Source: Euprymna scolopes (Eukaryota). From it: DNA of 64,000 bases. A model generated the notes under the pieces. That model was not told the origin of the DNA. It searched no databases and saw only the letters and a list, made by a program, of their open reading frames with translations. Where the stretch lies: assembly GCA_053919585.1 (NCBI GenBank), contig CM132785.1. One strand, given 5' to 3'. Numbering within the stretch: the first letter of the stretch is position 1; each line of letters opens with the position of its first letter. Positions 25,474 to 39,129 of this stretch are shown in pieces. The position numbers and the translations under genes were made by a program.

Positions 25474-26776
25474 CTTAAATAAAAAGAAAACATGATACAA
25501 AAGGGCGCCAATTGAATCACCTTACACATTCAAATTTAAACAAATGACATCTGCCGACTAATACGTTGATTTCTGAACAAAGAGGAAGATTACTAATGTA
25601 TATGAAATTTATCACAATAAATGTTATTTTGCCCTAGAAAAACAATTTCGACTCATGTAATGTTTTGGTATTTTATCCGAATAACACTAGAATACATTAA
25701 TAAAATAGGTTGGTTCAAGTTTCTATGCATGAGGTACGTGTTTAGTATTATGGAAATTACGTTTTAAATAGTTTACATTTAAAACGTAATTCCTAAAACC
25801 TATACAATGAAGATATTCGCGATGTAATTATTCTTTAGTTTGTGAATAAATAGTAATTGAATGGAGCAATGATTTTTTGTGTTTATACAAACGGTATCTG
25901 TTTGTTATAATACTGCAATATGAATAGTTTACATTAGAAATATTTTTCAACAAAATACATGATACTTAATCGAATATAGTTGCGAATGCATGAGGTAACA
26001 TGTCTTGCATTAAATCTTCGGCTCATATATATATATATACATATATGTATATATATATATGTATAGGGAGAATATCAATAAAATAATGATAAATATATGG
26101 TGTATAGAGCCACATTATATAGACACAACTACCAACTTTGTTTACAAGTTTAAAATTGGCTGTTTATGGTGTCTGATGTTTTTCTATTTAGTAAATGACA
26201 TTAATATAGATACTATAAAGAGTTTTCATAAAATCATTTATTATATTCGAACATCAAACGTACTAATGTATAAGACTGACACAGTCGTCTCTAAAAGCAC
26301 CTCGTGACATATGTTAACACATATTCCGTTAGCAGAGAAAGTTTGCAGTAATAGAAGCGTCAGATTTCTAAAATACTGAATGGAAATGAATATATTTACA
26401 TTCCTATTCTGAAAGACGTTAATTTAAGTCATATAAGAAGAATTCAGAACAAAATATAAATATTTTTTTTTCTTTTACTGGAGTCCATAACCATTTTTGA
26501 TCAATCATCAGTAAGGTAAAGAAATTTCTTAATGAGACATTGATATTAGAAAAATGAGTGTTCTATATCTATTTTGAGCTTGGGTTGTGTCGATGCTTTC
26601 TGTAATATATGTCACCCATCTCATAGTGATCGTTAGTAATGAGAAAATACCTTAATCAAACTTAATTTCTTAATCTCATTTGCAGGGGTCATTAAGATAA
26701 TATGTGCGACTGACAATGGAATACAAATAGCCACGAAAATATGTAGGGCGTTTATATTTTAATCAAAATGTCAGCA

Positions 26777-26923
26777 NNNNNNNNNNNNNNNNNNNNNNNN
26801 NNNNNNNNNNNNNNNNNNNNNNNNNNNNNNNNNNNNNNNNNNNNNNNNNNNNNNNNNNNNNNNNNNNNNNNNNNNNNNNNNNNNNNNNNNNNNNNNNNNN
26901 NNNNNNNNNNNNNNNNNNNNNNN
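26777..26923. other. Assembly gap
   Basis: Run of N. Confidence 1.
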
Positions 26924-27042
26924 CAGCTCTTGGCAATATGTTAGTGAAGCTATATTCTCAATGCGCGTATGTTCACTATCTTCTATCTATCCTCTTCTAT
27001 CTTCTTCTTTCTTCTTCTATCTATCTATCTATCTATCTTCTA

Positions 27043-28623
27043 TCTTCTTCTATATAAATAAAATTAACCCATTTTTCCCGCGTGAGTTTAACCTTAATAG
27101 GATTAAAAATCAAGATATTGCATGCAAATGCAATATGCACACAGTGCAGCACAGGATCTGAGGTGTTCTATAAGCCTATTATCCTTACAACTCCTCGATG
27201 ACCGTACACTCCTACATTTTTCCGGTGTGAGTTCACTGCTAAAATAGGTAAGAATCAATGAAAATTGTAAAATATTTTCTCTCTAATATATTCCTGTTAC
27301 TCCGGCTCCCAATTAACACCTCTGAAAATGCGTCCACAAGGAACAGTTCGAATAAACACTCGTTTGGAATCGTAAAGGTCTACTTAGTCCATTTTTTTCT
27401 TTCTTTTTTTTCGCACTTCTTCCGCTTTTCTCCCATAAAAAAATTAAACTATTACGTCCGATTAACATGATCTTTTTCCCTTTTTGTTTTTTTATTTACC
27501 ATAGAACGCAAAATGCGGGACTACTCGGATTGTCCATCGGTGTTTACAACTCTAACGGATGGATCTGACTATGAGCTTTGTTTATTACTGCTTCCCACTA
27601 AAAAGTTATTATTAAATAAACAAACACTTCATGAGTAAAAGTGTATTATTACAATGCAATGATATTGTGAAATTACTTGCATTTCACTTAAAAACAAAAA
27701 CAAACAACAACAAATAATGAACGCGCTCAACGTCCGATTAAGATTAGATTGTTATGTTTTGCATTTTTTTAACGTAAAACGCACACTGCAAAAATACTCG
27801 GTTTTTACTTCCGGTTTTGACGACTCCAACCGGGGAATCTAACTAAGAGCTTCACTTATTAGTGTTTTCAACTACACATTTTTTTTTTATAACACAGACA
27901 TTCCATTTTTTATTATTACAACGCTACGGCACGTGACATTAATTGCATTACACTTGAAAATAAAAAAAAATAAACATAAACTGCGCGACTAATCCGTTTT
28001 TAGTTCCGGTTTGGACTACTCTAACCTAGGAATGTATGAAAAATTTAGTATTTACATTTATTATTTACATATTTATATCGGGAAATTACTTGTATTCCAA
28101 TTGAACAACAAAATAAAGAACACGATAAAGATCCGATAAGGATGCGAAAAATATGATTGCTTTTTCTTTACTAAAGAAATCTGCACGTGTTTTAATTAAC
28201 ATTTACGAATGCTTCTTCTTCATTACCGAAATTACATTTACTATATATTTAGTTCAAACATACAAATGACGTTTCTTACGTTACGTTCGGGAAAGTCAGT
28301 TCAAACTAAAACACTGTGACACTGTTTCATATAGTTTTTACATTATTTATCCAGAGTCCGCGACGATTTTTCTTCCAAATAGATCGAAAAACACTGTTCT
28401 TCCAGATGATTAAACATTTTACATTAAATAAAAACACTAACAAATCTCACCATTACGTACTGCAAGACTACCACTTCTTTTTACATGTTCGCCTTTTTTA
28501 ATTTTCTTTTTTGGGGAGCCCATTGCTGAACTAAGCCTATAAGAATGATGCATTTTCTCTTTTTATTAGACTATTCCATTAAACCAAATTTAGTCACAGC
28601 AACGCGTGGCAGGGTACAGCTAG
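27043..28623 (+). mobile_element. Non-autonomous Helitron (~1.6 kb)
   Basis: 5' end TC…TCTATATAAATAAAA at ~27043-27063. The 3' end has a hairpin (gtcacagcaacgcgtggc) then CTAG|T at 28620-28624. Internal diverged direct repeats at ~27803/~27999 and ~27669/~27940/~28080. Confidence 0.7.
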
Positions 28624-28904
28624 TATAACACTATCTTATCTCAGTAGTTTTATGCAGGTTATATCTAGCGAATATTGTGTTAGTTAATATTTTAGAATTT
28701 AATGGAATACACAACAGATAAATGCAAATGTAATATTGTGAGATTTAAAAAATACACAAAAATAAATTTCGGCCGGATCCGGAACAAGGAAACGAACAGT
28801 TTTAAATATGATTATATATATATATATTAGGAGAAATGATAATTTGTGAAAACCTCAAGAAAGTGTTCAATATTATTGCAGAGCACATATGTTTTATTTA
28901 TTTG

Positions 28905-28953
28905 TTATTACCGTTTTGTCTGTTTAGAAACTAAACGGATAAAACGGTAATAA
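28905..28953 (+). repeat. 23-bp stem, 3-nt loop inverted repeat
   Basis: ttattaccgttttgtctgtttag-aaa-ctaaacggataaaacggtaataa, 21/23 Watson-Crick pairs. Confidence 0.9.
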
Positions 28954-28976
28954 ATACACACACAACCACACACACG

Positions 28977-29052
<76 letters not shown>

Positions 29053-32000
29053 AACATAGATACATGGATGTGTTTCTGTCTCTTTCTGTGTTACTGCTGG
29101 TCAAATTAAACTTAAATTAACGGGAGCTACTCGTTGTACACTTAAAATAAAAACTTAAATTAACAGGAGCTAGTAATTAAAACTCATGTTTGATAAGGGG
29201 ATTTACGCGAACGTGCATATGTAATCTAGATGAACCTCAAAATGTTAATTTCAACTTTCTGACATTTTTACTTCTTTCTGGTTATGCCCAAATATACTTA
29301 ATTTTAAAATCGTTTAATATTATACTTAGGAGGCATGCCATATGTAACAACTCTGGTGATACACTCTTTTAACCAGCGTACTCCTTACGTTCTAGTTTCA
29401 TAGTCTTTTATTATAATTATAATTCATCGGTGCACATTCTTCTTCATTACAGAAAAAGTGGACATGGATTTTAGCATTTTATTCTCACCTTGGAAGTATT
29501 ATAATATAATTAAAATTCACACGTTAAAGCAGGGTGTTACCAATATCTAGTTTGCTTACTGCAGTATGAAAATAGGTATGGCAGTGTAAATATAATTTAC
29601 TATCTTGGATTCCCTCTAAAGAAGTTGTTTAGAAGTATATCTTTTGCCCAGTTTTACTGTCTGAAATCTTGATTTAGGAATGTCATTCATCACTGCCAAA
29701 GCTTTCGGTCAAGGATTTGAATAGACATTAATGTAGAAGGGTTTAAATGTAGGGATCAGTCAAACTAATGCACAGCAAGTGATTGATCACCAATATTCTT
29801 ATCGTTTTATGTCCTTATCAGAGTACGTATGTAAGTGTTGCGGCAGTCTATTTATGTAAACCCATTATACATATGAAGTATTTCAGAACAAGTACTACAA
29901 CAAACACTAAGAGCTACATATAATCCTTACAGTTTTGAAAGAGACACTTACTATGTAAATTAAATAGTTTCCTTCAATTAATTAGTTATGCTGTAATGGG
30001 GTTAACTCCTTCTACTGTAACATATAAAATGGATCTGATGATGAAACTCAATACACATAGATTCCTGTCGATAACTATATTTTATGAAATTTATTCCACT
30101 TACTCAAGGTAGAAGTTTATTATTTCTATGTACCACGCGTGACTGTTTAAGATTAAGGCTATATACATTTTTTGTTGTTAAGCCCCGGTAGTTGGTTGCA
30201 AAACAGGCATGCGATTTAACCGTGAATCTAAGGAACATTTTCATGCACTCTACAGTAATATCTTATCATATTGTTTCTTCTGTTAGTGACGCAGAAGTAT
30301 AAATTAAATTGAAAAAATTAAAAAAAAAAAAGCTGTGTTCAATAATTTAGTTTTTTACCAAATATATTTAATCAACACAATTATTATGAAGCAGTGATGC
30401 AAGACTTATATAATATTGTGGACATAAAGGCCAGTTTCTATCGTTCATTTAAAGTTTCACGCATATTAAACAATTTCCGGTTCTTGAACAATACATAATT
30501 GAATGTTTATTCAGAGATTATATCAGTTTAAACAATTGTATACTGTACATAAAACAGTTATATCCTCGACTGTAGAGTGGAGAGATTTACTTTTTCGATC
30601 TAAAGCGAAATAAGACGCGTTTTTGTTTAATCTTGTGCATCCATCAACTCGTGTTTTGGAAAAAAAAAACTTAAATTTAGTTAACTGGTAAATTGTCACC
30701 TATTTTATATTGCTCCATTTTTTTATTTGTCAAAATTTTATGATTTAATTTTTTCTTAAATTAGCATGCCATAAAAAGCATCCATTATAACCGTATGCAC
30801 AAACGACTAGGGCGTATCATTAACTGTAAATGTTATTATATACAATAATTACGTAAACTATCAAATATTGTAACTTATTCTCTCCTAATAATTAATGATG
30901 TCTTACAATAGTTGATTAAATTATTCTTATTGCCTATTCGATAAATTTAATCATTTGCAACCCCTTATCAGAGAAACAACTTGCCTGATTTAAATAAATT
31001 CTCCGATACAAAATATTGAAAAAATAAACGATTACGGTAAATTTAAATGAAATGTGAGCATTTGATTAGACACTGACTACCAATAACTACAAAATAGGTT
31101 TCCATAATTATGTAAAACAATAACATTTGCATTATTTAAAGCAATTGAATAATTAAAATTTAAAACAAATTTTTTGATACTTAAATGATATTTTAAATCC
31201 AACATGTTTTCAATAGTGACCGTATATCATTTTAATGTTTATTTATATTCTTAGTCAATTTGAAGTGCTTGTAAATTTAATGCTTATTAAAAAATTATTT
31301 TAAAAATAAGTACAACTAACGAGCTGTTTTATGAACAAAAATATTATAAAATTGGCGATATATATATATAAATATCAACATTTGTTACGGCAGAAAATCT
31401 CAGGAGAATTGCTTCAAATCAATATGTGAGCAATTTTTATTTAAAAAAAAAACATGTGAAGGTCATCCACTGGGTTCATTACTTTGTATTTTAATGAGAG
31501 TCTCTTTCACCGACTTGTTTAATAATTCAAGTGTGACGCGTTCTTTCTGCTTTAGTTTCAGCATATCTAATAGAGCAGGTTTATGTTCGTACGATATTTA
31601 AATGCCAATTGAGCATACAAGGAAATAAAAACTATAAAACGGACTTTGTGTTGCATAAATATGGTTTCACCTCGTAAAAGTATACAGGAATTTTACAACT
31701 ATACTACGAAATGTTCAGTAGCATTTTAAAATTACATGTACGGCCCGCTGTTTATAAACCATCTTATAAGAACGAACAACATTGTTCGTTTTATGTTTGA
31801 ACGCATTTATCCTTCCATCCAAGTACATACACTGATATGTGAATTAGCATATACATCTCGTGTAAACGCGCTGAATAAGTATGGAAATATTGAGCGTAAT
31901 GCCGTACATGCTAAATGTAAAAACAACAAAACCTGAAGCGATAGTTCTTTTCTGAACAATGTTTCCTTTGAAATAGCAAAACACAATATGACAAAATAAA

Positions 32001-32895
32001 ACCCGAATAGCACTAAATTACAACTTGTCTATTGTAAAGACCCTACATATCGATTACGTTATATTCAAATCGTGCCATGATTAAACAATTTGCGTTTAGA
32101 ATACTCTTAATGCTACGTATTTCATTGATTTGGAAGCAGTTAGATTTCGAGAACCCTAATAATAAGCACAGTAAAAGAAACGATGTTTTATCAACACTGG
32201 TTAACTCTCGATGGAAGAGGCACCTGTAAATAAACGGATAAAAAACCTCGAGTTATTTTGTTTTTCGGCAAAAGCTCAATTGTTAATAAAAAGAATAATG
32301 TGATTATTTGTAGAGTCGTAAACACTAAATTTCATTTCTAATTATATGCCACAGTACAACATTCAACATATGAGTTTTGTAATGAATTTTATTTTTAATT
32401 AAAATATCGCCAAATGTTCAATAAAAAGAATGTATTTTTTGTAGTTCGGACTCCAAAACTGTAGCATTAAATAATTTTCAATCTGTCAAAATTGAAAAAG
32501 TATTAATACTTTTTGGAAATATAATATGTTAATGCAAAACAACTCATGATATTAATTTATTTTAATTTCCTAACATATCTAAAACATTGCTTTTAATTAT
32601 TGATAATAAACGAGGCAGTAATCATATGCGCTTGTTTGTGTGTTAGTTTCTGGTCATATTTTATGTCTGGAAAAATAAAGCCTTAGAAATTGACGCAAGA
32701 TAACGTATTACTATAGCGTTTCCTAATTGTCTTAAAAAAACACCATTCCTTGCCGTTACAATATCTCGGGGCATACTTTTTAATCGATATTTAGTAAACA
32801 GCATAAAAGGAAAATAAGAAAATAGAAAAAGTTTCGGGAATACCCGTTCAAAATTCACCCAGGCAGTTAGTAGTAGTACCAGGCATATTGCAATA

Positions 32896-32898
<3 letters not shown>

Positions 32899-32976
<78 letters not shown>

Positions 32977-33131
32977 ATGTATAAGTACATAGCTATATAG
33001 AAATAGGTTGGACGAGATAGCCATACGCACACATATACATCTATAATGTTGGTTAAAAAATAATGTCGTTTTTGACGTTACACTATACATAAAAACGCCA
33101 TTATTTTTGCACAAACCTAATACATAAATAC

Positions 33132-33208
<77 letters not shown>

Positions 33209-33750
33209 TATAAATTTGCACTGTTGTATAAATGACACAGGCATTTCCTGTTCGTGAAACCTCTCTAGTTCAATTTGCCATTATTCGGAGCTGGTAGTAT
33301 GAATAAATAATGCGTTGCTTAAGCAGATCATTTCAGTTATAATCAACTGTTATTATTATTTTCTTTTGCTTTAGAATGACGTTTATTTGTGTGTGTGTGT
33401 GTGTGTGTGTTACATGTAATTTCATAACGTAGCTAGACAACGTTTTATTTTATGTTGCCCATCTTATTCGCCTTTTCCTTCTTTTTATTAAAGGTTGTCG
33501 AATCTGCTTTAGTTGCTCGTTTACATTTTATTTTTAAAAGAGTTTAAATAAAACGTATTGGCTGATAGTTACGTTTTACAGCCAAACCGTTTCCTCATCA
33601 CCTTGTCTCATTTCTCTCAGTAACTTTTTCGTTATATTTAAACATTTTAATTTTCATGCATAGTATATTCTAACTATCTATTTAATTTCTCTGTATAGAT
33701 AATACGTGTTTATACCTTGAAATACCACAGAAGTTATTTTTTTAATTAAA

Positions 33751-33791
<41 letters not shown>

Positions 33792-33947
33792 ATGTATAAG
33801 TAGATAGCTATATAGAAATAGGTTGGACGAGATAGCCATACGCACACATATACATCTATAATGTTGGTTAAAAAATAATGTCGTTTTTGACGTTACACTA
33901 TACATAAAAACGCCATTATTTTTGCACAAACCTAATACATAAATACG

Positions 33948-34015
<68 letters not shown>

Positions 34016-34578
34016 TATAAATTTGCACTGTTGTATAACTGACACAGGCATTTCCTGTTCGTGAAACCTCTCTAGTACAATTTGCCATTATTCGGAGCTG
34101 GTAGTATGAATAAATAATGCGTTGCTTAAGCAGATCATATCAGTTATAATCAACGGTTATTATTATTTTCTTTTGCTTTAGAATGACGTTTATTTGTGTG
34201 TGTGTGTGTGTGTGTGTTACATGTAATTTCATAACGTAGCTAGACAACGTTTTATTTTATGTTGCCCATCTTATTCGCCTTTTCCTTCTTTTTATTAAAG
34301 GTTGTCGAATCTGCTTTAGTTGCTCGTTTACATTTTATTTTTAAAAGAGTTTAAATAAAACGTATTGGCTGATAGTTACGTTTTACAGCCAAACCGTTTC
34401 CTCATCACCTTGTCTCATTTCTCTCAGTAACTTTTTCGTTATATTTAAACATTTTAATTTTCATGCATAGTATATTCTAACTATCTATTTAATTTATCTG
34501 TATAGATAATACGTGTTTATACCTTGAAATACCACAGAAGTTATTTTTTTTATTAAACATCGATATATATATATATTA
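32899..34578. repeat. Near-identical tandem duplication, period ~815 bp, bounded by (TA)n tracts
   Basis: Unique sequence starting tattgtatgtataag at 32971 recurs at 33786. About seven substitutions by eye, plus microsatellite length differences. Confidence 0.97.
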
Positions 34579-35398
34579 GCGGTTGTTAATTGCCGACGGA
34601 AAAAACTTTCTTGAGATGAGGATATTTTCTTAGGAACATTTTACTTCAGTCGAATGTTGAACGGTCATTGGCGGCAAAGCTGGAGGAGACGGGGTAGAAG
34701 AAATAATTTTTTAGGGTTGACATTTTTTACACACGGTTTACTACACTCGATCTTTTTTACCTGTCGTTTTTCTGTTTGGTGTGTTTGAAAATATATTTGT
34801 TTGTCAGCTTTTGTTTTGTTGTTTAGTCGCTTTCTTCCAATTCGAATGTCGTCTGCCCCCATTTTGATAGCGCTTTTTCATTTGCTAATCAAACTCCCAG
34901 AAATTGAATTACAAAAAATAATAAATAAATAAAAAAATAACTACTTCGAGAATAAAGTTCCCTCTTTAATATCACATTAAAAATTACTAAAAACATAAAA
35001 GAAAAAAAAATAAATGAAAAGTCGAGTTAGCGTTTCAACAGTTGAACAATGCTCAGCTGACACCGATGATTGTCGGGAATTTATGTGAATTTGGGTAAAA
35101 TTTTCTAAGGTACATATATTTTAATCCAAACCAAATACAAAAACTCAATACACACATAATGAAATGCAGAGTTGATTATAAGAGGGGAAAAAAACAACAA
35201 CTATGAGTTGAAATTTTCCATCAACTTAATTGTTCGACTAAATACTCCAAAAAAGCAATTTACAAAGTCCTTATTCCACGGAGATTCAAATAATTCTATT
35301 CTTGATAATCTTCTCACTAGAAGACAGAAAGGAATGGAATTCGAGAAGTCTGGAAGATATCTGACTGGAAAATATTGGAGAAAGCAATGCCAACAATA

Positions 35399-35889
35399 CT
35401 AGCCTGGGTGCACGCCGTTGGCAGGGGGTTGTATGTGTGTTGCTAAAAAAAGCTATAATAGGCAGACAGACTCGAACACATGAAGCGAAGGCGAAGAAGA
35501 AAGTAGAAGTGTGTGTAAGGTTTTTGGTTGAGCAAAAATAAACATAAAACTGCGAGCAAAACAACAAAAAAATAGTGGCAGGCAGGCTCGGACCCGTACT
35601 GCCAAGGAGGAACAGAAAGTGAAAAAAAAAATGACACGTTAGCTATTGTGCCCATCGAGAAACCGGAAATGACGTAGATTTAAATTTAAACTAAACACTC
35701 GAATAGAAGCGATGAGCCTCGAAAATATAAGCGTAAAAAGCGACCACTCTCTGTAGAAAAGTTCCCAGCTGAGTGTGAAGCAATTGTGTTTTGCCAATTT
35801 TGATACTTGTTGTCGAACGTTTAAGGCAACACACACAAGCAAACATGCATACATGCATTTAAACAGAGAGGTGAGATTTATAGTATAGA
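35399..35889 (-). mobile_element. Non-autonomous Helitron (~490 bp), both ends visible
   Basis: Minus strand begins A|TCTATACTATAAATCTC (35889) and ends with a degenerate hairpin plus CTAG|T (35399). The body is homologous to 43240-43604. Confidence 0.75.
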
Positions 35890-36128
35890 TGATTGTGCTA
35901 ACGATAATTATATTAAGATTTGACAATACACCTTAAATAACAATATTCCACTAATTAATTAAATAATACTAGCTATATATTGTAATTTATCCGAATGCAA
36001 GTTGCCATGATATGTACTGTTAGAAACAAATCAAAGTATCGAAATTTAGTTCACTGAATTATGAAATAATATCGATTTTAATTGTGTATATTTAAAATTG
36101 AACATAGCTTTAATTACATTTTACTTAC

Positions 36129-36812
36129 TGTCATAGGAGAACATATTTTCTCCTATGATTGGATTAAGAAATATATAAATATTTCTTATAATATAAATAT
36201 GTTTATTGATATATTAATTAAAACATAAAGACGTTTCTAGAATGTCGTTATTCATAAAAATAAATAATAATCGGCGTCTATAAATATAAAAAGGCGTAGA
36301 ACGCCTTTTTGTTCTTTTTTGGAGTCTCTAGAAGGTTCCAGGAAATTCTTAAAAAACTCATATAAAAGAAACGCTATTGGTGGGTAAAGTCAGTTCGTGA
36401 CATATTTTTGGGGTGCACACATAGGCAACCTACGTCCGAATTCCGGCTTCCTCATAAAGGCCGTAAAAAACAAAAATTTCACTGAAGGAAGAACTGCTGT
36501 CTGGTAAAGTTTTTATTTATTCTTTGAGTTTGTTGACCGAAAAGCACATATACGTATAGAGCAAACCATTTCAAAACACAATACATAAAGAAATACTTTC
36601 TTTATGATCTAAGGGAGATAATTTATTAGCGAGTTGTCGCCCTTCAAAAATAATAATCTTTTCTTTTTTTTCTTGTTAATTTATTTTTTTAATAAATTTC
36701 TTTTTCATTAAATCTTTTTCTTTTGTTTTAATTGTATTGCATGTGGGTGCTGATAAATCCCTAGAACATACGAGCTATGATCAGCACACATATGTAATAC
36801 TTACAAAGAACA
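36129..36812 (+). mobile_element. Solo-LTR-like insert with TATA box, Inr and AATAAA
   Basis: Starts TG. TATAAAAG at 36361, TCAGTT at 36390-36395 (A is 31 bp from the TATA), AATAAA at 36691. Flanked by the direct repeat ctttaattacattttacttac at 36108-36128 and 36813-36833. Confidence 0.55.
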
Positions 36813-37589
36813 CTTTAATTACATTTTACTTACAGAGAACACTTGTTTATTTTATCAAATTATTTGGGGTTAAAACGCGAATGCAACATATTTCAACGCT
36901 AAGTTAATTCCAATTACGCGTTTGTTTACGTATGCTAGATTAATACGAACTCTCTTGTAAGACGTAACTCACTATTATCATTGGAAAAATGTTATCCCTT
37001 ATCTCAGCATGTTAACTAAGTAAGATCAGTTTTTATTTCGGATATGATTTGGACACAAAACCTTGTGTTATGTAACTAGAACCACTAGTCCGGTCCAGGC
37101 TTAATTATCATATTACTCGAAAGAATAGAAAAACAAAACAAAAAGAACAAAGAGGCAGATAATAGTTCAAAGAAGTGTAGTAAGGTTTATCAACATTTAT
37201 ATACGTATGAAATGTAATGCTCTAAGGTTTTGATGAAAGAAGAATAAGAATGAGATTCCTTTAAATTAAACACGAGAAATTAGCAAAAGCAAAATGAGGA
37301 AGTATAAGAGAGAGCTAGATAACTAATCACAAAAAAGATACAAAATAAATAAAATTTAAATGAGTAAAACATTCAATATAATGCAACTATAACAGATTTA
37401 TTCGTATTGTACTCCTCAGAAGTATAATAGAAAAGCGAACGTTTCATGCGAAATAGTAAAAATATATATATATGCGCGTGTGTTTTTTTTTGTGTTTGTG
37501 TGTGTATTAGAGTTGAGGAATAAAAGATATACCAAACTTTATTATATGATGGAAACAATATGAAAAGTTAAGTGGATACTTAATAAAAA

Positions 37590-38240
37590 CATGTTTAGGC
37601 ATGGCATTTCGAAGATTGGAGGTGGTATGATGTGCCCCTCACTTCAAACCACAACAAAGACTATAAGCGTAGTCAGAAAAGTTTTCTGAAACAAAAAACA
37701 AAAAAAAAACTAGAGCATGTTTGGCTTCTTTTCGGTGCTGCAGCTTGTTGAGCAACTTGAAGGTTGTGACAAGCCTAAGGTTATTTGTCTTCCCATTCAA
37801 TGCCTGGCTTGCATGGCGCCTATAAAGTCTACAATTCATGTCCTCCAGCACACATGCATTCACTGTTGTGTGTAAGACGCATAAACTCCTGGGCCTATCG
37901 ATGAACTCTTTTTGCCCGAGTTTTCTCTGACACTGTCCTCGAATTTGGGATTCTGCTGAACTATCTCCAACGGTTTACCAAGAGTTACACAAGGTGCAGA
38001 GTCGATGCAAACCTTCTGAAGCGAACCCTTTCTCTCTTTGGACATTTGGGCTGTCTCCGGGTCCTGCTGACACACACAGTCTGCCAGCGGCCAACTGATT
38101 TCACCAGAGGATCACCAAACTCCAAGGGCACTTTGTTGCTGACTTGAAAGATGTGAGGTTGCATGAAAAATCCCTTACTTGAAACCACACGAAATATCTT
38201 AACCGTAGCCACAAACATCCAGATTAACGTTTTCATTGTG
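37590..38240 (-). mobile_element. Rearranged, degenerate Tc1/mariner-superfamily transposase fragments
   Basis: Fragments ATVKIFRVVSSKGFFMQPHIFQV and VFVVV*SEGHIIPPPIFE (two versions of one motif), a QQD….SKE…LQK.C segment, and an N-terminal-type segment ACV.EDM.CR.YRR…LLNKLQH.KE. Confidence 0.7.
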
Positions 38241-38870
38241 GTGGCATTTTCATTGTGGTGGCAATGCCCCTGTTATCATAACTTATGTCGGTGATCAACA
38301 TGATTTATGTAGCGGCGCATCTCCAATGTCGTTCGATGCACATCATGTAAAATTTAAGAAAAGATCCAACGGCTGATATACCTCTTGGGATTTGTACATA
38401 ACCAGCCAGTTGTAGACGGTTTGTATCAAACAAAGAAAAACAATTTTAATGAGCAAAAATGGAATCGTGTCGCCTTTTCTAGAGTGAAAAAATATTAGTA
38501 AACGCTGTATAATACTGCATTTTACGCGAAAAATCCTCATAAAAATATTGATTAAAATCCATTAATGATTTTTATTCTAGAATATGTAACACGTAAAATG
38601 CTCTAATTAAACACTTTTCCAGGAAGACTATACATTGAGAGTGACCATTGTATGAAACGCGCGCTCTTGGCGCCCATGGACAGACCCATCGTGCTGGAGT
38701 AGCAAAAAATGCATTGAAAATTGAAAACGTATTTGGATTAATAGATCCTCGAGCAAAAATAGTCGCTCTTTTCGACTGTAATAAAAATACATATTTTCAC
38801 TAAAACGTATGAGACTAATATGATTTTATCCACATTAATTGCCATAATTTAGTCAAATAAATTGTGTTTG

Positions 38871-39087
38871 NNNNNNNNNNNNNNNNNNNNNNNNNNNNNN
38901 NNNNNNNNNNNNNNNNNNNNNNNNNNNNNNNNNNNNNNNNNNNNNNNNNNNNNNNNNNNNNNNNNNNNNNNNNNNNNNNNNNNNNNNNNNNNNNNNNNNN
39001 NNNNNNNNNNNNNNNNNNNNNNNNNNNNNNNNNNNNNNNNNNNNNNNNNNNNNNNNNNNNNNNNNNNNNNNNNNNNNNNNNNNNNNN
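38871..39087. other. Assembly gap
   Basis: Run of N. Confidence 1.
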
Positions 39088-39129
39088 TATAAATACGTAT
39101 ATATGTATGCATATATATGTATATGTTAT

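Noticed and set aside
29520-30160. Very old Penelope-like RT remnant
   Set aside because: Only faint motif resemblance (TNI, MG..P); too decayed to support.
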